A stretch of DNA of 64,000 nucleotides, from the NCBI GenBank assembly GCA_963808625.1, contig CAWEHK010000029.1, forward strand, positions 171,235 to 235,234, given 5' to 3'. The position numbers and the translations under genes were made by a program. How positions within the stretch are numbered: position 1 is the stretch's first letter; the number at the start of each line of letters is the position of its first letter. The DNA comes from an uncultured delta proteobacterium. Lineage in GTDB: Bacteria; Desulfobacterota; Syntrophobacteria; Syntrophobacterales; Syntrophobacteraceae. The notes under the pieces are model-generated. The model was given only the letters and a program-made list of their open reading frames with translations. It made no database searches and had not been told where the DNA came from. Below are positions 20,041-29,680 of this stretch, piece by piece.

Positions 20041-22294
20041 TTGTTTTTGCACATTTTCCTCCAAATCATCCTGCTGACGCTGTTCATCTTCGCCTCGCTC
20101 TCTTACGGCGCGGTCCACTCCTGGGCATATTCGATTGTCTTTGGCGTTACCTTCCTGTTGTGTGCGGTGGTGTTTTTGCAATCCGGCCTCGCTGTGCTGA
20201 GGGGAGGACGGCGTGGAGAAAGTGAACACACAGCGTTATTTTCACCGCTTCGAGGGCCATTTGTAATTTTTCTTGCCGCCTTCATTTGTTACATCCTGTT
20301 GCAGCTTACGCCGTTGCCCGGTTCGCTCCTGAAGGGCCTGTCGCCTTGCACCGCTTATCTTTATGGCCAGGTCCACGAGCTCACTGCCGCGGGGGTTGGA
20401 GGCATAGAACCGGGCCGTCTGGGTGGCGGTTATCTCAGCCTCGACCGGGATAAAACCATCAAGAGCCTCCTCGCCTTCGCCGCTTACCTGGGATTTGCCT
20501 TCCTCGTCACGCGGGCGGTTCGGGGGTCTCGTGATGCGAATCGCTTCGCCCTGGTCATCATCATTTTTTCCGCCGGGCTCTCTCTTTACGGGCTGCTCAG
20601 CCTCTTTTATGCCTCCCCCAAGATTGCCGGATGGAAGAATCCTTTCAGCACCGGGAGCAGGGTGTCGGCGACCCTGGTCAATGCCGATCATTTTGGCAGC
20701 TTCCTGCTCATGGCGATTTATCTCACGCTTGGCTATCTGGCCGCCTTCCTCAAGAAGTTGCCGCCAACCGTGGAGGGAAGCCGCCGGCAGCGCTGGATGA
20801 GCATCCTCAATGCCGAAGAGGCCTATATCCCCAAGGCGTTTCTCCTCCTTTTCCTGATGGCCGTGATGGTAATGGTCTTGCTCTACACCCTGTCGCGGGG
20901 CGCAGTCACCGGCTTATCCATATCCCTGGTTTTTTGCTTTCTGCTGCTCTTTCTCAAGACCAGGAGACCGGTTTTTCTGCTGTTCATCATTCCGCTGGCC
21001 CTGTTTGTCGGCTACTACATCCAGGCGGTGGGCGTCGATCCTCTTTTGCAGCGGATCGAGCAAACGAAAAAGGAGCTGCTCGAGCTGGATGAAAATGCCC
21101 GCACCCAATTCTACGTTGCGGGTCTTGAGCTCTGGCGAAAATTTCCCTGGTTTGGGACCGGCCTGGGGTCCTTTGAAGTCGTCTACCCGATGACCGCGCC
21201 GGAGGTTTACAAGGGTTGGTACATTCCATACGTCCACAATGACTGGCTGCAATTGGCCGTTGAGACCGGCTGGACAGGGGCGGTCCTGTTTCTTCTGGCA
21301 GTGGGGCGTCCTGGTCAGGATTATCCGCCGCTGGTGGCGGACCGAGGAGCGCTGGGGTTTTGGCTTTGGGCTGGCGGCTTTTGGGGCGGTGGTGGCGGAG
21401 GGAATTCACTCACTCGTGGATTTTGGCCTGAGAACATCAGTCAATGCGATTTTCCTGTCGCTCCTGGTTTCCCTGTCGCTGGCGGCACTTGATGCCGAAT
21501 TTGGAAGCAGGAAGAAGCCGACTTCTAACTTCCCCAAGAAGAGGTTTCTGTTCACCGGCTCTGTTTTCTTCCTCGTATCGCTCGCTTCTGCTTTAGCAGG
21601 AATCGAGATAGGCCGCTATGCTCTGGCTGAATACTCCAGCCCGACCGAGATCAATACCGTTAGCAGGAGGGATTATGAATGGAGTGGAGAGAGGGTGGAA
21701 AAGGCCTTGAGTTTGAACCCACTCAACGGAGACTACTGGCTGCGCCTTGCTGAGCTCAGGATCTGACCGAAGAGGAAGCCAACCATGCGCGAGGCCGCCG
21801 GTTCGCCTCGTGCTGCCTCAGTGCCGCTGGAGGGACAGCCTGGTTGCAGGGATAAACAATCTGACCACGATGCCGTCGTGGACGGTATGTTCGCCAGGGC
21901 TATCAGCCTGTCACCCGCTGAGGGGGAGTTCTGGCTGGCATGGGGGAGCCGTCTCTGGGAGAAAGCGAAGAACGGGGATGCACCGGCAAATCGCCTTCTG
22001 GATCATGCCGCTCGATGCTATGAAATGGCAGTCGAGCTGCGCCCCAAAGTGCCTTCCGTTCATGAGCGCGCCATTGCCTATTTCCTCTGGTACCGGCAGT
22101 GGTTGGTCAACGAAAATGCTTCGGAATCCGTGATTCAGGCAAGGGCCCTTGCGCCCCTGAAGAAAAGCCTCGGGTATTTGATTGCGAACAATCCCGATTA
22201 TCGCAAAATTCTCGGCCCGGTCCTAAAAGAAATGAACCTGCCCGAGTCGGAACTCGAACAGGTTCTTGCTGAGCTACAGCAGCCTTCAAACTGA
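20041..22294 (+). CDS. O-antigen ligase family membrane protein with C-terminal TPR-like region; frameshifts near 21305 and 21760
   Basis: TLVNADHF, TLSRGA, GTGLGSF, HNDWLQLAVETG and HSLVDF motifs across three consecutive ORFs. Confidence 0.8.
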
Positions 22295-22323
22295 GTTTCG
22301 GGCTGCATTTCCTCGACGCAGGG

Positions 22324-22662
22324 CTATCTAATAGGGCTCGGTGTGGAGCAGCAGCCGGTGCATCTTCTCACAATATCGTAATCGATTTGATTGACAACAC
22401 CGTCGCCGTTCAGGTCGTATTTTTTGCAGCCGGCTGTCTTCCAGCACCGGTAAACGAGCTGTACGTCTGTCGCAGTAACCGTTCCATCACCGTTGACATC
22501 CGCACCGCACGTTCCGTAACAGTCGAAACATGTGGTGTAGTTATTGGGGTTATAAGGGTCTTTGCATACTGCAAAAGCCTCATTTACCCCGCACGGTATG
22601 CCGCTGAGGAATAGGGCGCCAAGCAGAGCTCCCAAAATGATAAAAACCCCAGACCTTTTCAT
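22324..22662 (-). CDS. small secreted Cys-rich dockerin-like protein
   Basis: Signal peptide and paired Ca-binding loops DVNGDGTVTATD and DLNGDGVVNQID. Confidence 0.8.
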   Translation of the reverse strand: MKRSGVFIILGALLGALFLSGIPCGVNEAFAVCKDPYNPNNYTTCFDCYGTCGADVNGDGTVTATDVQLVYRCWKTAGCKKYDLNGDGVVNQIDYDIVRRCTGCCSTPSPIR

Positions 22663-22689
22663 CTGAACCTCCTCCCTCAGCCCCGGCGA

Positions 22690-23781
22690 TCACCTGACTT
22701 TCGCGCAGATGCAGCCATTCTTCATACAGGCCGTCAGGACCTCATAATCTGTCATATCAACAAAACCGTCTCTATTTATGTCCATCGTCGGGTCGCCACA
22801 ATTTGTTTTAACGCATCTCAACAGAACCGCAGCCTCTCTAGCGGTCAGCGTCCCGTCTTTGGCAAACTCAAAATTCAGCGCCAAACAGTCCGCAGGACAT
22901 CCTTGTGCGGCTACCGATCCGGCAGACAGCATCAGGAGGGATGGGGTGATGCAAAGTACGGCGATCAACAAGAGCGTGGGGAAATTACGCCTGGTGCTTC
23001 GGTACCTCGAAATCACCAGAATGAAGGATGCGGCAAGGACAAGGGCAAAGATCACCGTTCCATTACCCGAGAATGCTGGAACACCGGGCGGTGGAACAAT
23101 GCAGATCCTCGGTGGACGGTTCACGATCGTCAGCGGATATTGCGTGAAAACATCATCATCTGGAGTATCGTCGCAGCCATTGACAAAGCTTGGACAATCA
23201 GCATCAGGCGTGAACATTTCGAAACACTCCCCGACACCGGCAATGGCTTTAAAAGTAAGGGTCGACACGAGCTTTGGCTCGTTGAACGGGACCGGCTCCG
23301 CGCAGGGAGCACCGTTGATGCCATAGCCGGCAATGTCGATCCACTTGATGTTCGCCACACCTGGCGGAGGTCCGGGGATTGGCTGGTACTGACAGCCTTC
23401 GCAGGCATTGAGGCCTATCGGCCAACCCGGAGCAGTGCAATCGTCAGAGCAGGTTGGCCTGAAAAAGGTCCCCGCCGGCGGGGTGGGGGTCGTACAAAAA
23501 TCAGGACCTGTAGCACAGGCCGGATCAGCCGGCGCCGTGCAGGGTATGTCCAGGGGTACCAGGCTGAAGATAGCCTCGTCATAGTCGATACAGTACTGGT
23601 AGCCGCAGACATTGTTCGGTGGGGGGCTGTTAACATCCAGCATCACCGTAACCGTGAACGGTTGGCCAAGCTCCACGATCGTCGGATGATCGATGATCAA
23701 ATTGACGCTGGCCAGTGCATAGCCTGGAAGGAATAACGCAAGTAAAAAAACAATGCACAATAATTTTCTCATTTTCACCAT
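22690..23781 (-). CDS. secreted cohesin-like protein with internal IPTL/PEP-CTERM-like anchor and C-terminal dockerin-like domain
   Basis: Signal peptide; GQPFTVTVML...GYQYCIDYD cohesin-like strands; VPAFS + TM + RYR; second hydrophobic segment ending VAAQ; DINRDGFVDMTD. Confidence 0.7.
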   Translation of the reverse strand: MVKMRKLLCIVFLLALFLPGYALASVNLIIDHPTIVELGQPFTVTVMLDVNSPPPNNVCGYQYCIDYDEAIFSLVPLDIPCTAPADPACATGPDFCTTPTPPAGTFFRPTCSDDCTAPGWPIGLNACEGCQYQPIPGPPPGVANIKWIDIAGYGINGAPCAEPVPFNEPKLVSTLTFKAIAGVGECFEMFTPDADCPSFVNGCDDTPDDDVFTQYPLTIVNRPPRICIVPPPGVPAFSGNGTVIFALVLAASFILVISRYRSTRRNFPTLLLIAVLCITPSLLMLSAGSVAAQGCPADCLALNFEFAKDGTLTAREAAVLLRCVKTNCGDPTMDINRDGFVDMTDYEVLTACMKNGCICAKVR

Positions 23782-23859
23782 GATCTTCCCTCCCCTTTTA
23801 TGGAAAGACGAACCGTGCAAGAACCCACCTCCTGAAGACAAAGGTAGCGGCCTTGTTCT

Positions 23860-23902
23860 GTAGGAGGGGACTTCCAGCCCCGATCGGCTGGAAGCCCCCT
23901 AC
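23860..23902. repeat. GTAG-type REP-like palindrome
   Basis: GTAGGAGGGGGACTTCCAGCC...GGCTGGAAGCCCCCTAC. Confidence 0.65.
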
Positions 23903-23921
23903 AAATGGGGTTCCGATTAAC

Positions 23922-26234
23922 TTACGTCGAAATCTCATCGGACGCAATGCTTTTTCTGTGTTTTTTCTTCTTTCCCCAGAGGCCTCTTTTGCCCTGCTCC
24001 TCCTCCTCATAGCCGCCGTAAAGGTAATAATAATAATCGTAGTAGTAGTAACCACCCTTGCCGATCATGACTTTATTCAACACAGCCCCGGTGACCTTGG
24101 CATTGAGGTCTGCCATCAGTCGGACCGCGCGCCGTCCTGCCTGACGAGTGGTCTCGCCGGCTTTCAAAACAAGCACGGTGCCGTCAACGACCGGGGTCAA
24201 CACGGCCGAGTCGGTTGCCACCAGCAGCGGAGGAGAATCGATGATGATGCGGTCATACTGCTGCCGCAATGCTTCCAGAAGCGTACGCATGCGCCGTGAT
24301 CCCAGCAGTTCCGAAGGGTTTGGCGGAATCGATCCGCAGCAGATGACATCGAGATTGATGTCAGGGATCTTGTGAATATAGTCCTGGGGTTCCAGTTTCT
24401 TGCCGACGAGCATGGTGGACAAGCCCGGTTCACGGGGAAACCCGAACATGCTGTGGATCTTGGGGCGACGCAGGTCACAATCCATGATTAAAACGCGATT
24501 CCCGGCCTGGGCCAGCACGATCGCAAGGTTGGCGGCGGTGATCGTTTTTCCTTCGCTTTTCCCTGGACTTGTCACCAGCAGCACCTGCGGCGGAACATCA
24601 GCCGAGGAGAGCAGAATGCTTGTGCGCAAAGCCCGATAGGCTTCGGCCCCCATCGACTGGGGATTGGCGAGGGCTACCACGGGCCCGCCGCCCGCTTCTT
24701 TCGCTTTGCCATTGAGCGAAATACTCGGGACCGCACCGAGGTAGGTAAGACCCAGGTGCTGCTCGATCTGTTCCGGCTTGCTCACCGTGTTATCGAGGTA
24801 TTCCAGCAGAAACGCGAGGCCGATGCCCAGTGCCAGCGCAATGGAAAGCCCCATCAATAAACCGCGCTGCACATCGGGACTGCTTGGTGCCCCGGGTATC
24901 GCCGCCCGCTGAATGATCGTCGCGCTGGGACTCCTGGAAAATTCTTCCGTCAGGCTTGTTTCTTTGAGCCGGTTCAGAACGACGTCATACACCTTCTCAT
25001 TGCTTTCGACCTCCCGCTTGAGGGTAAAGTACCTCACGGTGCGTTTTTGGAGGTCTTCCAGTTCATTCTGCATGCTGTCCCGGGCCTGGGTAATTGATTG
25101 CTCCTGGAGCCGCGCCGCCTCATACTGGAGCTTCAAAGAATTGACGATCTTCTGAATCTCCTGGCTCTTGGCATTGCGGAGGCTCGCGATCTGGCGCTCC
25201 AGGGCCATAATCCTGGGGTGGCTGCTGCCATATGTGGCGGAAAGTTTGATTGCTTCCTGCTCCAGTTGAATTTCCTGGTTGCGGAGGTCACCGAGGACTT
25301 TGTTGGTCATGGCCTCGGGTATGGTATCGATGAGGTTGGGTGAGGCAACAAGGCTGAGGATTTGCTTGTACCTCATTTCCAGAGTCGCGGTGTTTTCCTT
25401 CGCTGTCCTGACTTTTTCACCCATGAGCTTGACTTCTTCATCGAGCTTGGTGCCGCGTTTTTCATCGACGCTCAGGATGCCAAACTTATTCATGAATTCG
25501 TAGAGCTCGATGCGCGATTTATCGAGATCGACCTGTTCGTCCTTCAACTCCCGCTGCAACCACTGAATTGCCCCCTGAACCGACCCTAAGCGGCGGTCCA
25601 GGCGGTCTTTGATAAAGGTCTCGGCCACGGCGTTTGCGATCAGGACCGCTTCGTAGGGATCAGGACGGGTAACGGATATCTGGAGGATCTCAGTTTTTGC
25701 CACGAGGCCCACTTTAAGGCCGCCCGCTATGGCTTGAGGCGTGTAGGCTGGTTTTTTACCCGCCTCCTGATCCTGAGCATCTCCCTCGGTTTTGTCGGTC
25801 TTCGAGGCACCGGAAGGAGTGAGCTTTTCCCGAAAGAGGTTGGTGACAGTGCGAATGCTGGAGAGAAGCTCGTGATAAGGCTCGCGGGTGTAGGCCGCAC
25901 CGTAGTCACTTTTCTCGAGGTCAGCGCTTGACCGAGACTGATCGTTCAACTGCTTCGCGACCCGTTCGAGAAAATCTTGCGCCGTCATGAGGAGGATCTG
26001 CGTTTCAATATAGCTCGGCATATCATAAAACGGGTACGCTAACTGACTCCCGAACACCTGCGGGGTCTTTTCCATGAGCACCTGACATGACGTGGTAAAA
26101 AGGGGCGTCATCGCAGAGACGACGATTAAAGTTGAAAGGGTCACTACGAGCACCACGCTCAATACCAGCCAGCGCCGCTTCATCACGATGCGGAGGTAAT
26201 CCGTCCAGTGCAGTTCAATTTGCTCGTTAAACAT
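23922..26234 (-). CDS. wzc: polysaccharide co-polymerase / BY tyrosine kinase (Wzc/GumC)
   Basis: Two TMs flanking coiled coils, EAYRALRTSI, Walker A SPGKSEGKT, DCDLRRP, DSPP, Tyr cluster GYYYYDYYYYLY. Confidence 0.93.
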   Translation of the reverse strand: MFNEQIELHWTDYLRIVMKRRWLVLSVVLVVTLSTLIVVSAMTPLFTTSCQVLMEKTPQVFGSQLAYPFYDMPSYIETQILLMTAQDFLERVAKQLNDQSRSSADLEKSDYGAAYTREPYHELLSSIRTVTNLFREKLTPSGASKTDKTEGDAQDQEAGKKPAYTPQAIAGGLKVGLVAKTEILQISVTRPDPYEAVLIANAVAETFIKDRLDRRLGSVQGAIQWLQRELKDEQVDLDKSRIELYEFMNKFGILSVDEKRGTKLDEEVKLMGEKVRTAKENTATLEMRYKQILSLVASPNLIDTIPEAMTNKVLGDLRNQEIQLEQEAIKLSATYGSSHPRIMALERQIASLRNAKSQEIQKIVNSLKLQYEAARLQEQSITQARDSMQNELEDLQKRTVRYFTLKREVESNEKVYDVVLNRLKETSLTEEFSRSPSATIIQRAAIPGAPSSPDVQRGLLMGLSIALALGIGLAFLLEYLDNTVSKPEQIEQHLGLTYLGAVPSISLNGKAKEAGGGPVVALANPQSMGAEAYRALRTSILLSSADVPPQVLLVTSPGKSEGKTITAANLAIVLAQAGNRVLIMDCDLRRPKIHSMFGFPREPGLSTMLVGKKLEPQDYIHKIPDINLDVICCGSIPPNPSELLGSRRMRTLLEALRQQYDRIIIDSPPLLVATDSAVLTPVVDGTVLVLKAGETTRQAGRRAVRLMADLNAKVTGAVLNKVMIGKGGYYYYDYYYYLYGGYEEEEQGKRGLWGKKKKHRKSIASDEIST

Positions 26235-26250
26235 CTATGGCTGCTCCCGC

Positions 26251-27593
26251 CTAGAATAAGCTTTCAGGAACGATGATCATATCGTTCTCTTCCAGATAAA
26301 CGGTCTCTTTCTTGCCGCCCTTCATCATGTCGCCGACCCGCACGCGAATTTCCTGTTCGATTCCTCCCGCCACGCGGTAGATCCACACCTTGTTCTTGGC
26401 GGCGATGGGCGTGAACCCTCCAGCCTGGATGATGGCTTCGAGGATGCTCGTCCTGCGGTAGCTGTCGAGCGTGTAAATCCCGGGATTCTTGACCTCACCC
26501 ATGATCATGTAGCGAAAGGCCCTCGGCATGTAGATAATGTCCTCATCCCTGAGGAGGATATTCGTCGCGGGGTCCTTGCCCCGAATGAGATCGTTGAGGT
26601 TGATTTCGATGGCGAGCTTGGATGCGGGACCCGCCTTGCGTACCACAAAAATCTTGGTGCTGTCCTTGGTGAAATCGACTCCACCCGCCTCGGCGATGAC
26701 ATCCAGCAACCTTTGATTGGCCTTGAGATAATACTGTCCGGCCTTGCCGATAGCTCCAAAAACCTTGATATTACGGCTCTGGATTTCAAGGAGGGTGACG
26801 TTGGCTTCGGGGTTGTTCAGGATCCTTCGCTCGAGGGCAGACTGTTTTACGGTCCGGGCAATTTCGTCAATCGTCATGCCGGCGACCTGGACCTTGCCGA
26901 CCAGCGCCAGGTTAATGTTGCCGTCGGGCAGGACCGTAAACTTCCCGGACAGGTCCGGTGCTTCGAAGAAGTCTACCTGGATGACATCCTTTGGGCCGAC
27001 CCGGTAGAAAGCCAGAGAATCTCTTTCTTCGGGCTCACTTCGCAGGTAGTCGTGGACATCGATCCGGGTGACCCCTTCGAGCTCTTCCGTGAGCCTCAGT
27101 TCGTCCGGCGCCTGGTCCTTCCTGAGCTCCTGCAAGCCCTTTTCCCGCAGCCCACCCACCGCCTGCTTGTCCGACAGCGTCTTCGTTTTAACGATACCTG
27201 ATCCTGCACATCCCGCTGAGATCAGAACAACAAGTGCGAAAATAGTTGATAGTTGATAGTTGATGGTTGATGAGGGGCGGTTGATGAGGGGCGGTTGATG
27301 GTTGATGAGGGGCGGTTGATGGTTGATGGTTGATGGTTGATGAGGGGCGGTTGATGGTTGATGGTTGATGGTTGATGAGGGGCGGTTGATGGTTGATGGT
27401 TGATGGTTGATGAGGGGCGGTTGATGGTTGATGGTTGATGGTTGATGGTTGATGGTTGATGGTGGACTGGTTGATGGGTGATAGTTGATGGTTGATGGTT
27501 GATGGTTGAAGAGGGGAACCGCCGTTGTTTGTTTGGGATTTCAAACATTGGTGCACCAATATTACGTTCTGATAAATTCATATAGTCTGCCAT
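26251..27593 (-). CDS. wza: polysaccharide export lipoprotein (Wza/SLBB); signal peptide interrupted out of frame by a heptamer array
   Basis: YRVGPKDVI...DGNINLALVG, two SLBB repeats, C-terminal IIVPESLF. Lipobox ISAGC lies downstream of the array; the start codons lie upstream in another frame. Confidence 0.8.
27243..27509. repeat. long GTTGATG heptamer array with GAGGGGCG variant units
   Basis: About 265 bp of tandem units. Confidence 0.95.
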
Positions 27594-27643
27594 GCTTCCT
27601 TCGCCTACCACCGATTGACTGTCAAAATTCCGCAACCCAAAAT

Positions 27644-27730
27644 CCACCATCCACTATCCACCATCAACCATCAACTATCCACCATCAACTATCCACCATC
27701 AACTATCCACCATCAACTATCAACCATCCA
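27644..27730. repeat. CCATCAA/CTATCCA heptamer array
   Basis: Inverted relative to 27243-27509. Confidence 0.9.
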
Positions 27731-28084
27731 CCTGGTACTTCCGAAGCGCACTGATCTTCTTGGCGATGAGCTCAGTTTATCCCTCAAACCATAGAAAAGA
27801 TCTTCAGCCAGGTAACCCAATTCTCTGGCAATAATGAGCTGGCACAAAACCTCGGTCAATGATCCGTAGGCAATCTGAGAGAAGTGCGCCTGGTCTTTCT
27901 TTGATGTCCGGCTCGCGCCTTCCGCCAGGTTGGATGCAACCGAAACGGCCGCCCGTTGGATTTGACTCACAAGCCCGTACCTCTCGGACTCAGGGAAGAG
28001 CCGAGTAGCTCTGTAAATCCCTATGACCAAATCCTTGGCTAATTGCCAGACCTCAAGCTTTTCAAACGGAAACAAGTATTCCAT
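27720..28084 (-). CDS. four helix bundle protein (IVP family); probable homopolymer frameshift near the C-terminus
   Basis: FEKLEVWQ...FPESERYGLVSQIQRAAVSVASNLAEG. One added A restores the ending ...KTELIAKKISALRKYQVDG*. Confidence 0.9.
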
Positions 28085-28094
28085 ACTTTTAGAA

Positions 28095-28190
28095 CCCATC
28101 AACCATCCACCATCAACCATCAACCATCAACCATCAACCATCAACAATCAACTATCAACCATCAACCCTCCACCATCAACCATCAACTCA
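28095..28190. repeat. CCATCAA heptamer array
   Basis: Tandem units between the barrel gene stop and the four-helix gene. Confidence 0.95.
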
Positions 28191-29505
28191 ATAACTCAAT
28201 CCAACGCTGGCGGTCACCGAATTTTCCGAGTAGCTCAGTCCCGTTGCCTGGGTGTTACGCTTCTGAAAGTTGTAGCCAAGGCCCCAGGAGAGGTAACGTC
28301 TGAGTTGGTGAGTAAAGTTTATGCCCGCATTGTAATACTGGTCCATCCGGTCTTGGTAGCGAGCCGTATTGGCATACTGATCCAAATAGGTGCTCGCGGC
28401 AAGGATAAAGGTCAGGTTCGGCCTGGTCCTCGTGGTGATGGTAAAGCCGATGGCATTGCGGGTGTAACTGTCCTGGACAATGTCCATTCTCCCGCTATAC
28501 GGGTCGAGGTCTCCGCTGATTTGAAAGTCGCGATAAATATTGAAATCCGCGTCAGTCTTCGGCGAGACCATGTAGTGCAAATTCAACGAATAAACGGGAG
28601 CACTGGTGCTTTGATAGGGAGCGCCCACCAGGTTGAAGTCATTGACAAACTGCCTCCAGGCATAACCGCCCTTCACTTCGCCGCTGAGCCGCGTGGTGGC
28701 TGCCCACCTGAAGCCGGCCAGGACTTCCTGCACCGAGTAGTCCGCGGAAAACGCGGACGGCTGCTCATAATAGTGGGTAAAGCTGTAGCTGTATTGAGCA
28801 AGCAATTTGGTCTTTCCGGTAAGCTCGTAGAGCAGCGTTGGCCTGAGGGTGTTCACGACGTTGGACCACTCGGTGTAGCCGTTGCCGTCGTCGAGATAGT
28901 TTGACCAGGCGTTCTGATAATTGAGCTCGACGACGTAATTGCGGGGGAGCTGGCGCCCGACAACGAAATCGGCCTGGTTGAGAACGCGGGCGTTAGCCAC
29001 GCCCTGCCCGACGAATTGCTCGTTGCCGAAGGGATTGTCGGTATAAGTAACGGCTTCGCGGAGGCGCATATAAGTCGTTTCCCGCTGCAACAGGTTGACA
29101 TCGGCCCATAGCGTGTGGCGGATGTAGTTATTTTCGGTGATCTTGGTATAAGCACCGAGGTCTCCATCATATCCGAAGGTGACATACTCCTTTAGCTTCT
29201 GCGCTTTCGCCAGGGTAAAGGTCAAAGTTGGGTCGATGGTCAATAAGAAATCCGAAGTCTGGTCCCCACTCCGCATCTGGGGATTGTCGGTGTAGGTGCC
29301 GTTCAACGCCACCCCGGGCTTGAGTCGGAAGGGACCCACTTTGATGCCGCCTTCCTGGGTCGCTTGCTGATAAACCTCATAGGCCTCGCTCACGGCGAGT
29401 GGATTTTCAAAACCGAAGGGATAGGTAAAACCCTGAGCACCGGCTCCGCCGGCACTGAGCAAGACACGCAAAAAGAATGATGAACCTCAACAAAATCGTT
29501 CTCAC
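28188..29505 (-). CDS. outer-membrane beta-barrel of the EPS export system (EpsL/VpsM-like); probable frameshift in the signal peptide
   Basis: Amphipathic strands, YTDN motifs, C-terminal LSY, located just upstream of wza. Confidence 0.75.
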
Positions 29506-29509
29506 CCTT

Positions 29510-29680
29510 CAGCCCCACCTCCCACTCCCTACTGCCTACTGCTTACTCCCTGCTTCCCACTCCCCACTCTCACCCTTCAGCCCCACTCCCCACTTGCTAC
29601 TCCCCACTCCCTATTACTCGCTTACTCCCTACTGCCTACTCCCTACTGCCTACTCCCTACTCCCTACTCCCTACTCCCCC
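29510..29680. repeat. CTACTCC heptamer array
   Basis: Tandem units overlapping the stop of the WecA-like gene. Confidence 0.88.

Noticed and set aside
27188..27754. ORFs rich in STINHQP (also at 8179, 28023, 31859 and 41097)
   Set aside because: These are translations of the stop-free CCATCAA strand, not independent proteins.
18135..28084. Four-helix-bundle genes as Avd of a diversity-generating retroelement, or as part of an rRNA IVS
   Set aside because: No reverse transcriptase, no TR/VR pair and no rRNA sequence in the window.
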